The notes below the pieces were generated by a model, which saw only the letters and a list, made by a program, of their open reading frames with translations, ran no database searches and had not been told where the DNA came from. From Haliotis rubra (taxonomy: Eukaryota): a stretch of 64,000 nucleotides of DNA. The stretch is from the NCBI RefSeq assembly GCF_003918875.1, contig NW_025767290.1:868001-932000 (forward strand), given 5' to 3'. This document shows positions 1 through 11,460 of this stretch, piece by piece. Within the stretch, counting starts at the first letter, position 1, and every line of letters starts with the position of its first letter. The translations under genes and the position numbers were made by a program.

Positions 1-322
1 GAAATTACTACATATGTTTATAAAAGGTTCGACACGCTACCATTCCAAAGACGTTAATATCCGCTGTGTGGCTGATCTTGTTGGTGAAAGTCATTATCTT
101 ATGACCAAAGCTGTGTGTAGCTCTCGAACCATATCTTGAGCGCTCATCTCATCCAGTACCTATAGCACTGTTAATCTCAACTAAGCCTGATGAACAGGTT
201 CAAAGGCCGTCATTCTATTTTGAAAATGGCCATCAGTGCTGATGAATATGTTACTGATTAACCCTGGCACGCACGAAGACAATTATTCACACTGGAACTA
301 GGAATATCAAAGCTGAAAACCC

Positions 323-854
323 ATATTATTATTATTAATATTATTATAGGATATTTATATAGCGCACATATCCAGGCAACTAGTGCTTGCTCAAGGCGCT
401 GATATATTTTCCCTCGATCATTGGATGCCAATCTCAACGGCACATCGTATCATCAATCTCAACTCCCTGGGGAGTATACAACTGTTGCAGCCACTAGGCG
501 CACCGAGTTATTGTGGCTTTCTCATCCTAACGAGATACCCATTCACAGCTGGGTGGACTGGGACACATAGTCACAGTATTTTGTCCAAGTTCACTGAACG
601 TTGCTGTACCCGCAACTAGGTGTTTGCACGTATTCATTTCGCCACCATCTGGTCATATACCAACGGATTCGTGGGTTCTTTTAAGTGCACAGGGTTGTGT
701 ACTGTACTCTAGGGGTTGTGACAACACTGACAGAGTCTGCACACAAAGTTGACTCCAAGGTTTTTACACCCGGTCACAGGTAGGCTCGATCCCGACACCT
801 CAACCTCGCTGGATCACTAGCCTGGCACCTTAGCCAGCTCGCCCACCGCGCCCC
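323..854 (-). mobile_element. tRNA-headed composite SINE with L2-like 3' tail
   Basis: Minus strand starts GGGGCGCGGTGGGCGAGCTGGCTAAGG...GGGATCGAGCC (A/B-box-like). The body resembles conserved SINE central domains (Deu/Nin-like and Meta-like, from recall). It ends GCGCCTTGAGC...GGATATGTGCGCTATATAAATATCC followed by (TAA)n. A second, split copy lies at 47390-48260. Confidence 0.75.
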
Positions 855-1225
855 ATGATAAACAAAACTCTCATGATAAACTAAACGTTGACATTGTCTA
901 GAATCGAGACCTTTATGGATCCAAGGTAAGAAGCATGTTCTTTTGTGTGATGTTGACGAAAATATTTCTGTTTCTGATCCATGACCTTTTGTTTCCTTTG
1001 CTTCTTCGCTTTAGCTTTTTTTCTAAATTCATTTCCTTTTTCTTTAAATATGTTTCCTGGAAATTCACACGACAGCCTGGGGGCGGGATGAGGGTTCTCA
1101 AGCATTACTCAACGAGTCGATGCCTACATCGCTATGTGTCTATCTGATAAGAAGGATCTTGAAAAGGTTTTCCAAATACATCACGTCTTCCTGGAAGTGA
1201 TCCTGTCAAGACCAATGATTAAAGA

Positions 1226-1420
1226 ACCCGTGAAGCGCCCGGTGCGACTAACGGGATGGGGTGGTCAGGTTTGCTTACGTGGATGACACATGTCATCGTA
1301 TCCCAATTATGGAGATCGATGTTCATGCTGTTGATCACTGGATTGTCTGGTCAAGATTATTTACAGACCCCCCGCCATATACCTGGAATATTGCTGAGTG
1401 TGGTGTTAGACAGCAAAACC
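1226..1420 (+). mobile_element. SINE-like family A copy (internally deleted)
   Basis: ACCCGTGAAG...GACTAACGGGATGGGGTGGTCAGG...GATCACTGGATTGTCTGG...GGAATATTGCTGAGTG, matching the other family A copies. Confidence 0.8.
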
Positions 1421-4400
1421 AAACAAATAGTGATAAAAGCACGATTAACAACCGATTACACGCAAACGCGACAGTCACAGGTTCTAGACCATTTCTGGTG
1501 TCCCTTGCCGTGATATTGCTGGAATAACGCGAAACGTGACGTTAAACAGAACTCACTCACAGGGTCTGACTACCCATTCCCCTTTTGTCCACTCATTCAG
1601 CCAGCCGTAATCACCACAAGAACGACTGAGAGAGTGAGCTGATTACGCAGCTTCAGAAATATCCCAGCAATGTGACGGAGAAAGACACGAAACATAAGCT
1701 TGACTATGTGGGGAACGAACCCGGGACTAGGTGTGACGAGAGAACGTAATAAACCACAGGGCTATCCCATTAACGATTGAAGATCGGAGCCAACGTGGAT
1801 ACGTAAAACATCGTTAAGACTGCGTTAAGTCCTTATAATCTCCAAGTTTAGTTTCAAGATGCACAATAGCAATGACATAACAGGCTTGATAAGGTAAGAG
1901 CTGTAAAATCTCCCGTCACAGAAGATGGCTGGGAGATCTAATGAAAGGTCATCTGGTCATCTGTTTCCGTGTTCTACAAACCTTTATTTTATGATGACTA
2001 GAATATGAAAACAACGCGTTGATGTGTAATATGATCACAATTAGGTCGCAGCATTTAACAATTAGCCTACATACAGAAATCGGTTAGATTTGGCCGCAGT
2101 GTTTATGTTTTCAAGGTTATGTACAAATATACAAATGTGACATATGAAAACTGATTATTACACATTTCTCTGGGAGATGCTGGGGAAGGGGTAGTCTTTG
2201 TCGTTGTTTTTAAAAAAATTATAATTATGAGCCTACATTTTTTATCATACATATTGCAATGATATCATGTTATATTTGTCTGTTTTGTTTGGTGTATTCC
2301 GCTATGAATCTTAATAAAAGATACTGTATAATCAGCATAATCCGAACATTTAGAAATTAGTGTTTCTATGTCCATTACATATTTTAGAAAGAGCTTATGT
2401 CTATCTTTATGCTTCAGTGTTAAAGAAAACCAGTAATTAAAGCTGGGTATATATTCTTGATAATATTGATATTAAGGAGATTAGTATAAGAAGAATATTC
2501 ACTCCTTCATCAAGAATGTAGGACAAATTCTCAATGTCGGTGTTGGCATGTGATATTCTGTCCTGCTGGACGGTATAGGCCAGGAGCCAAGAGCTGAAAA
2601 TCGACACATTGTTACCAATCAGAGGGACTTTTTGTGTTTTTTATATTTCTTTATGTCTCTACATAATTGATGGCCATGTCGGCTTGGTAGCCTGAACTCA
2701 GAACGAGGCTAAATCCAAGCTGGCCACCAAACATACTAAAATTTTCAAAAAATGTCAATTCCAAGCTTTAACCGTGAGTAAAGTTCAGCATATAGGTTGG
2801 AATTGAAAATAGGGAGGTAAAATAGTGCTAACATGATTAAAAAGATTTAATTAATATAACGTTGTGTTATTTGATACCTTTAAATCATACTTTTTTCCTG
2901 ATTTTGTAAGAGTTCAAATTGTAAGTTCAAAGAACTTTTTCGAAAACTCCTCATTTCATTTATTCTGAAGACAGACCAAAACAACTTCAAAAAAACATAA
3001 ACGTGTTTGGTCCCTCTGAGTGGTACCGAAAATTTGTCTGCCTAGTACAGTCGGTTGAAATAATTGATGATTTTTAATAAATCAGTCGCAGCCGTTCTTT
3101 TTTGGCATAATTTTAGAACATATTCCGATTGTCACCTGACCGAGCTGAGAAGTCATGTTTATACTGATCGGATGAAAGGTCATTCTGACTTCACCGGTCA
3201 CAATGTCCTAAGGTTCTTATACAACGGTAACGAGAACTAAGATGGGATTTTAACGTCGACATGAATGCCAAACTTATTCATGTAATGCACCTTTTAGGTA
3301 TTAAACCTTTGATATCAGAGACGCCATGAAGCGATTCTGTCATGTACATTAAGAAACCTCAAAGCTTGAACTTCATTAAGACTTTCATCGTCATTGATCT
3401 AAGATTTCGTTGTCCCTCAGGTGGTTGCCGCATCCCTTGATACCTAGATAGCCCTGTTTAACACGTTAGAAGAGCTCTGCCAGAAGGAATGAATTTCAAT
3501 TATCACCTGCTGATCTACTGAGTGTGTGATGCATACTTCATCTGGGGCTTGCTGGCAGCTTCTGGAACACTGACCATATCATTGTCATAACGGGACTCTT
3601 TGTCATGATTCAAAATTCTCTCTTAATGTAACACAAAGAAACGACAAAACTATTTCCACATCGGTAAGAACTCTCTGTTAAAAGCAGATTCGACTGTACA
3701 ATTCCGACAATATCATGATTATGTGTTTGTCTGACGCCGCAATCAGCAGTATCAGAGCTTAGGATACGGTCTGTAAACAATCGAGTCTGGACCAGACAAT
3801 GCAGTGACACTATGAGCTACGATGACAGAGTATGTGTTTTTGATGATACCAGGTGTTCGTGAAAAGGTAAGCGTATCCTGTCCCCCTGGTGTCATCCCCC
3901 GTTGTGCAGTAGATTTTGAGAACCATACCTCAAAAACAGACCCCAAAACCCTCCACTAATTGCGCACAAGGATACATATGTGTACCTATAGCAGCGTTTG
4001 ATTACTGTTAGATGGAATCACGGCACTCAGACTCCCGACAACGCGGAGCAGATGCAAACATGTCGTTCCCTCATGATTCCAGTCTCGTTCCGAAATTTGT
4101 CACGGATCGTGACGAAGAAGGATCCTGAAGGTAAATCATCAATTTGATTCCCAAATTCCCTTCAGCAATGATGTACATGTATTCAAGGGAGATGCCAATG
4201 AGTGTTGTGTGAATTCATCGGACGACGAACATCACCAGTGTAGACTAGACTTTGATGAGTGTAAATTATGTTTAATTAAAAAGTGGCAATTTGGGTCTTA
4301 AAGTTACTTCTGACGAAGACCTAGTACAATGAAGACCAGAGTTTGATACAATCAGATTGATGGTTTCAGAAAGGGAAGACGTATCTGGATTAACGTTGAT

Positions 4401-4582
4401 TGACAAGTAATAAATACTGCTGGCAAGCAAAACCTGGCAATTCACAAATTTGAGAACACGTAAGCTGAGCAGGAACTGTGCCTTTTGAAACATTCAGCTG
4501 AAAAAGAGAAAAAACATGTTGGTTAAAGAACTCAATGGACACTTTGAGAAGTAGTATCTGGGGAGACCTGGGGTTGAAGGAG

Positions 4583-4740
4583 TGAGTTAGTGAGTGAGTT
4601 TAGTTTTACGCCGCTTTTAGCCATGGTTTAGGAATATCACAGACGGGGACACCAGAAATGGGCTTCACACATGGTATCCATGTGGGGAATCGAACCCCTG
4701 TCTTCAGCGTGACGACCGAAAGCTTTAACCACTAGACTAA
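4583..4740 (-). mobile_element. tRNA-derived SINE family B copy
   Basis: Reverse complement of the family B consensus, with (TCAC)n tail. Confidence 0.8.
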
Positions 4741-5728
4741 CCTTGGATCGAAGGAAGTGTTGGCGAAAATCTATTGGTATTAGTGATGGGGAATAAACCA
4801 AATGTCTTGACTTTATTCATTAACAGAAGTCGGAAACGTTCAGAAGGCAGTTGTAAGACTTTTTTGGAATCATGTTCACAAGCTTCACAGGACAAAGAGG
4901 TAGAAGCGTGATTCAAGTACTGATTTTGGACGCCATCATGAAACAGATGGCCAAAAGATGGATTGACGTCACGATTTTGTAGCAAGTTATAGTTTGTGTT
5001 AATATAACTCACAAAGGAAACGCCACTGATACATATGCTGAAGTGGAGATGGAAAGCAGCACCTTAAAGTGGACATGGTGGCATTTTCGTTTCTATCCAC
5101 AAATTAACTAAATCTTTTGAAATTTTCTAAAAAGCATGCCTATGAGGAACAGCGGTGGGCTGAACCACAGGTATCTTGTGATTAAAACCTGAAGCACATC
5201 TCAAGACATGTCCCTCTAATCAGAACCGTTGCCGTTTCAAGATAATCTGAGCATTTAGAATGTTTGTGTGGATTTTGTTACAGTGGTGTTTTACTAACAA
5301 GTTCATCTGTGTCATTGAACACTGATAATACGGTACATGCATCGGCAATCTGCCGACTCTGCCAAACAGAACTGCCACTACCTGTCAACCCCAATAATCT
5401 GGAAACTTTTAATCTTGCGACCCGTCAGATCGAGCCAATCTGTGCACCGGTAATCAGGCAATCCCATCACAGAGGAGACAGGTAGTGAGACAACTATGTC
5501 TTTCCGGACACCATATTTAGAAAAGATAAGCAATCCGACAACTTGTGGTGAAGGCATAATATGGCTTACCATTTCTCACCGTGTTATTGCGTAGTGTTAT
5601 TTGGTCACATAATAACTCAAACAAACACACTCACTCACACTCAAAGACATGGGCGCCTCTATAAACCTGCAATAATCTTGAATACGATTAGACAATCTCA
5701 CACACTGTGTATGTCGCAATATTACCTT

Positions 5729-5893
5729 NNNNNNNNNNNNNNNNNNNNNNNNNNNNNNNNNNNNNNNNNNNNNNNNNNNNNNNNNNNNNNNNNNNNNNNN
5801 NNNNNNNNNNNNNNNNNNNNNNNNNNNNNNNNNNNNNNNNNNNNNNNNNNNNNNNNNNNNNNNNNNNNNNNNNNNNNNNNNNNNNNNNNNNNN
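5729..5893. other. assembly gap
   Basis: run of N. Confidence 1.
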
Positions 5894-6560
5894 CGCACAC
5901 GAATGACAGGGTTATCACTTTATAATTGTTATTATTGTACGCGAGTATGCATGAACTCACATGATTATATACAGACACACCGCCTCACACATTGACATCT
6001 GACAAGGTTGTCGCTGTGTAAGTACAATAATCTTGTTCGCAGTGTCGCCTCACACGAAGTATGCATCCTCCCCCACGGGGGAGATGTCGCCGTTAGCGTC
6101 GGTCACGTTAACGTCTTTACCATATTACCCTAGAAGCGTGATGCGAGTTCTCTTTAGGATACATTACGGAAAGATTAATACATAAATGGTCTAGCGCAAA
6201 CCAGATTTACGTCTCGTGTCTTATCTTCACATAAGTCGATGACAGAGGCCTGTTGTTTGTCAAGCTTCGGCCGTAACAGTGCACGAGACATATGACCTTT
6301 AATAAACGTTTGACAAGGACAGGGTGTTGAGGATTTGTAATTAAATATATTCGATAGATTTGTCGACATAGTGGCTGCGTGGGCGAGATTGCTGATGTTT
6401 AGTGCTGGCGACTAGGTGCCTGACAGTGTGGGTTCGAATCCCAGATGGGACAAACAAGTACTGGAATCTGTATTTTACTTAGAACGTGTAAACCCAAATA
6501 CGACATATGTTGCATTTTACCACATTCTAAATGGCATAGCGTGGTTATATTGATCATATA

Positions 6561-8084
6561 CGCTCCCAAAAAAAAACGCATATAGGAATTTCAACTGTAT
6601 TTTTATGTTTATTTTGAAACATCTTGTAGGCTTTATGAGTAAATGAAATATAGCGAAATTGCACACTGGGAATGCAGACTTATCCGTCTTTCGCACCAAC
6701 TCGAGGAAAGTCAGTGTGAGTGTCACATGGAAACGTGTGGTGGCGCTGAAGTCAATATCTCGTGTGACCACCGTGGGCATCCAGAACTGCACGGCATCGC
6801 CTCGGCATCGAACGAATAAGTCTCAAAATCTCGTGTTGCCCAATCGCAGCCCACTCTGCCTGTAGTGCCTGTGCGAGTTGCTGAAGTGTCTGGGGCTGAG
6901 GGTTACGGCGTCGCACCCGTCTGTCCAGGGCATCCCACAGATGTTCGATCGGGTTTAAGTCCGGTGGACTTGAGGGCCAGGGGAACACATTGATGTTGTG
7001 GTTCTGGAGGAAGTCTCTGGTGTGACGTGCTGTGTGGGGCCTGGCATTGTCCTGTTGAAACAACTCCCTCTGGCGATCAATGATTGGAAGGAGGTGTGGG
7101 CGTAGGATTTCGTCACAGTACCGTTGAGCTGTCAGGTTGCCCTGGATCATCACCAAATCACTTCTCCTAGGGCAGGTGATCCCTCCCCACATCTTAACAC
7201 TCCCCCGGCCGAATCTGTCCACCTGGGGAACGCAAGCGTCGGCGAAACGTTCACGTCGACGTCTGTACACCCGCATTCTTCAAACGCGTCGTTCCAATAG
7301 AAATCGTGATTCATCACTGAACCAGATTCTGCGCCAGTTCGGTAGGTTCCAGGCCTGAGCGTTGGTGCACCATTGAACTCGATGTCGACGATTTTGTTGT
7401 CGAAGCAGAGGGCCAAAATAATGTCTTCTGGCACGTAAACCAGCATCTCTCAACCTGTTCCTGACGGTCTGTGCAGAAAGCCTCCTCAATCCGGGTATTT
7501 GTCGAGCGGTACTGGTCGCCGTAGCTGTTCGATGACGCAGGTGATGTACCCGGATGTAGAGATCCTGCGCCGCAGCGGTCGCTCGAGGTTGCCCACTACG
7601 AGGGGCATCTGCTACCGCATTCTGCCGACGATATCTCTCCCAGAGCCGTGAAATGGTGCTTTGGTGAACATTCATGCGTCGGGCAACTGCACGTTGAGAC
7701 TGGCCAGCTTCAAGCAAACCAATGGCGATATGACGGTTGGCTTCACTTAGACGTGGCATTTTGCGTTCGTCAACAACATTCCAAATACAGTGAATAATCG
7801 ACAGACAACGATCAACCTTTCATACCCATCATTGAGACTATCTGATCCCCAAGTTTCACGTGCATTGCATGTGAATTGTGTATTCTGTGACACTAAACGC
7901 CGAAATTGAAATTCATGCTGTTAAATACGGGTATTTTACGGATGGTGCGTTTTGTTGTGATGTTTCAAAACATAAACACCATAGGACTCATAAACAGAGC
8001 AAAACCTTTTGTAAAATGAATCACGTTTTAATTCATTGCTACATGAAATTGCTATTTTAATGATGCGTTTCTTTTTTGGGAGAG
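6561..8084 (-). mobile_element. Tc1/mariner DNA transposon (DD34E), full length about 1.5 kb
   Basis: Imperfect TIRs CGCTCCCAAAAAAAAACGCAT / ATGCGTTTCTTTTTTGGGAGAG, flanked by TA at 6559-6560 and 8085-8086; contains a transposase ORF. Confidence 0.92.
6752..7759 (-). pseudogene. Tc1 transposase with one in-frame nonsense codon
   Basis: ORFs 7280-7759 and 6752-7276 are in the same frame, separated only by TGA at 7280-7282. Paired-like HTH N-terminus; FSDESRF, QQDNARPH and SPPDLNPIEHLW motifs (34 residues between D and E); GGHTRY end. Confidence 0.92.
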
Positions 8085-8929
8085 TATATTATATCAACCC
8101 CTACATAGAGTTTTTGACGAATGACGTACCCGCATGGGCAGTATTTTTATTAATCGTTCTAACGTCTACCCGCATAATAAAACATTGCCTAACGCTCGTA
8201 ATACATTTCGGTCTGTGTTTTCAGATGCATTGTTGTGTTTGTACAAGAACATGGCTACAATCAGTCATCAAATGGGCGGTTCAACCTGGCTTTTTATTGT
8301 ATTTGAAGTTTCGCTTCATCAGTTGTTTCAAGAATGTCTGATACGCGATTTAGGGAGTATGGTTATTCTATCAACATTCCAGCAATCACGGAATCTCTCC
8401 AGAACATAAGAGATACAGCTCACACGCCATGTGGGCAATTGAACCTGGATTTGGGCAACATGAGTCTGCAACCACAAGACCACCCCGCCGCCCCTGACAA
8501 AGCAATTCTCAAGCTCGTGTGTAACCATTGTAAATATCATATACAGAGAATAATATAATACAATGTTTGCGATTTATTAAATTGACAATACGAAAGCACG
8601 CTCCTAAACATATATAAAATATTTGAAAGTATCTGCTGACCGTTATTTTTCACGAAAACAAAACCAGTAGCATTTTCAATTACCATTGCATTATTCTGAG
8701 AAATCACACCAAGAAATGGATGGCAAATCGAATCGGATACAGTGTCTCTAACGATGTTCACATACACCATCGACCACGTTGGAAACATCTCGTTACGGAA
8801 ACAAAGCTGAGTCATACTATTGTCCATCACGGTAGTTACCTTCGGGAAATGGTGTTCAGCAAGCCGACAAATTCGCTCACTTGTAATGTCATCTGTTCAA
8901 CTATTAAGGACATGTTTTTCTCATTTTTC

Positions 8930-9440
8930 ACACATGATGACAGCCAAAGTCATGCGCGCCGTGACAAATTCAACGGCATTCGTATTAGGCTCCGTGTTGT
9001 TGCAGTCAACAGCATGCTTATCCACAGCACATGTGTCATAATAGTCAACAGCACGTGTGGCATGTCAGTCAACATCAACTGTGATAAGACAGTCAACAAT
9101 AACCGAGTCATGCAAATTCACATCATGATAGTCGATAAGACAGTAGACAGCACAGTCAACAGCAACTGTGACATTGCAGTCAACAGTAAACAGGTAGGCA
9201 TTTCCACAGCACACGTGTCATGATACTCCACAGCAGGTGTGTCATGCTAGTCAACAACACGTGTGTCATGCAAATCCACTGCACACGTGTCATAACAGTC
9301 AACAACATGTACGGCATGACAGTCAACAAGAAAAAAGTCATGCATTCCACAACGCACGTGTCATAACAGTCAGCATCAAATGTATCATGGCAGTCAAAAG
9401 CACGTGCGTCATACAAAGCAACAGTACACGTGTGATCACT
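8930..9440. repeat. degenerate ~23-bp tandem repeat (GTCAACAGCACGTGTGTCATGACA-like)
   Basis: recurring gtcaacagca / cacgtgtgtcat units. Confidence 0.7.
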
Positions 9441-9731
9441 GTAATCAAAATGGTTGTCCTTATCATAACGCCAACAGTACTAGCGTCAAAATTCAAATAA
9501 GTTATTGTTTTGCAGAGATATGATGTGTGCACGTTTACATTTTACCTTTTTAATAATAACTCATAAATTTTGAAGCATGGCCTAACAAAAGTTTCTCTTC
9601 GCGGTCCATATGTTAAAGTCGCCTCAGATTGAAGCACCCGATCTCTAAATAATCCATGTAAAAAACCATGCAGATACTATTATACTCAAAACATATGCTG
9701 CAACTGAGATAGAGAACAAATGAATTCTTAC

Positions 9732-10098
9732 CTGATAGGTCAGCCATAGCAAGATTAAGTAACAGCAAATTCGTCATAGTTTTCATGGAAGTATTTGATA
9801 GGACAATTGTAAGGATGAGTAAGTTTCCCACAAGCGCCATCACAAACACCGGCACATACACCGCAGTGAGGAGTATATTCGGTGTCTCATCGTGCGCCTC
9901 CAGCTCGTCCTTAAAATCATCCATAATTGAAATCCAACTTCGGTTATGAGTAGTATTAAATAAATTCAAGGTTGAAGTGTTCGCATCACTAATGTGTAAA
10001 AACCAATTGAGAATTTCCGTCAACATCAGATCTTCATATGAGCGCGGCATGATTCTGACGGACTTGAATCTCTTGATGAAGTCAGCTACTGATGCCAT
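9732..10098 (-). CDS. class A (rhodopsin-like) GPCR, probable neuropeptide receptor, first coding exon (N-terminus, TM1, start of TM2)
   Basis: Sequons NTS, NTT, NRS; TM1 VYVPVFVMALVGNLLILTIV (GN motif); ICL1/TM2 MKTMTNLLLLNLAMADL (TN..L.NLA.AD); strong phase-1 donor TCAG|GTAAGA at 9732/9731. The true start could be a later Met. Downstream exons were not identified in the window. Confidence 0.88.
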
Positions 10099-11039
10099 GA
10101 TGAGATGTCTTGATGTGTCACTTAGACCCGATCTGATAGTCCGATGACGCTATAAACGACCAAAACACCAGTCCGATCCTCTTTACTACCAGGAATCATG
10201 CTACGCACCTCAAAGCAGGTAACTGGGTTTTATGTTAGTACTCGATCAATACAAGGGCCCAGTTAACCATTCGCTGATGTCGACTGGAGACAGTTCTTGA
10301 CAATGGATGTGCTAATATATGTGATTCCTTAGGTCCACTGTAGTTACTTTCATGCACACTCGATGTGTGACAGGAAGCTATTTTGAAGAGTGAAATATGG
10401 TTTCAAGTCACGGTAATGACGTCATGACTTCTGAAATAACGATTGACAATTATTTAATTTCCGCCACCACGTGGAAGACATAGCCAGTCATTGGCGTTTT
10501 CTGTTCCGCTAACCTTCTCATTAACACTGTACAACCAGTTTAAACATATATCTGTTGAAGTGTTATAAAGGGAAATCATCGTGAAGGAAGATAATCCGAT
10601 TCATGTTCATTACAAACAACGCCTTGTGACCTTGGTCTCCATTTTCTTTACCTGTTTGTACAGTCTATTGATTTGACCTTGTTTATGCAGAAATAATCAC
10701 GCAAATGTGTTTTTGGATAGCATTGTAATTATCGGGCCTTGGCGAGCTAAATGCACAGTGTTAATTCCTTAGACAGCGTCCTAATCCACAAGCGCCCCGA
10801 TCAACAGTTACGGCTTGTCGTAACCATTTAGTTTGCCATAAGCTTACGAATGCCCTAGCGCTACGAAAGCTTTGTGGAGCGGGGCCCAAGATATTTACCA
10901 TCAAATACACAACCTCCTTATCATAAAGTATCATTCTCGATTTCTGTCATCTAAAGAGCTGTTCTCATCAAAAACATTAACTAACCATCACACATTGTCC
11001 TCGGATGCGCCCATTAATTTATACATGGTCAGACGGACA

Positions 11040-11460
11040 ATCACAACAGGCAAGATAGTTGGAAACACACATTACTCCTATACTGTACACTCTCCACTTG
11101 CTTCCAGTCGAGTTCAGGATCCAGTTCAAACTCTAATGCCTTGTTTTCCGCTGTCTCACTGGAACTGCACCTTCTTATATATCCAATCTTCTAACCGTGT
11201 ACACGCCTTCCCGATCTCTCCGCTCACAGGAAAAGACCTTGCTTGTTGTTCCCAAAGTAAAGACAGTGATGTATGGAAAGAGGTCCTTTGTCCATGCAGG
11301 ATCTATAGCCTGGAACAGTCTCCGCGGAGCCTCAGAGACTGTTGTTCAAGATAGCCTTTTAACTGTAGCTCTTTACCATTAATCTCATCTTTATCTTGTG
11401 CGCTTTGAGCATGCTTTAGCATGGATATATGCGCGTAACAAATATGCTATTATTATTATG
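11040..11460 (+). mobile_element. 3' end relic of an L2-clade LINE
   Basis: Translates (with lesions) HITPIL..LHLLPVEFRIQFKL..LVFRCLTGTAPSYISNLLTVYTPSRSLRS...LLVVP....YGKRSF....IAWNSL, the typical L2 ORF2 C-terminus. The 3' tail GCGCTTTGAGCATG...GGATATATGCGCG is followed by (TAT)n. Confidence 0.8.

Noticed and set aside
881-1205. Lys-rich ORFs and a possible minus-strand exon
   Set aside because: All three frames after the acceptor hit stops; the composition is explained by T-rich sequence.
4272-4498. Strong minus-strand acceptor (TTTTCTCTTTTTCAG) as GPCR exon 2
   Set aside because: The phase-compatible frame stops after 18 codons, and no frame gives TM2/TM3 sequence.
8720-9532. ORFs over the 23-bp degenerate repeat
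   Set aside because: Open frames are produced by repeat periodicity and show no protein features.
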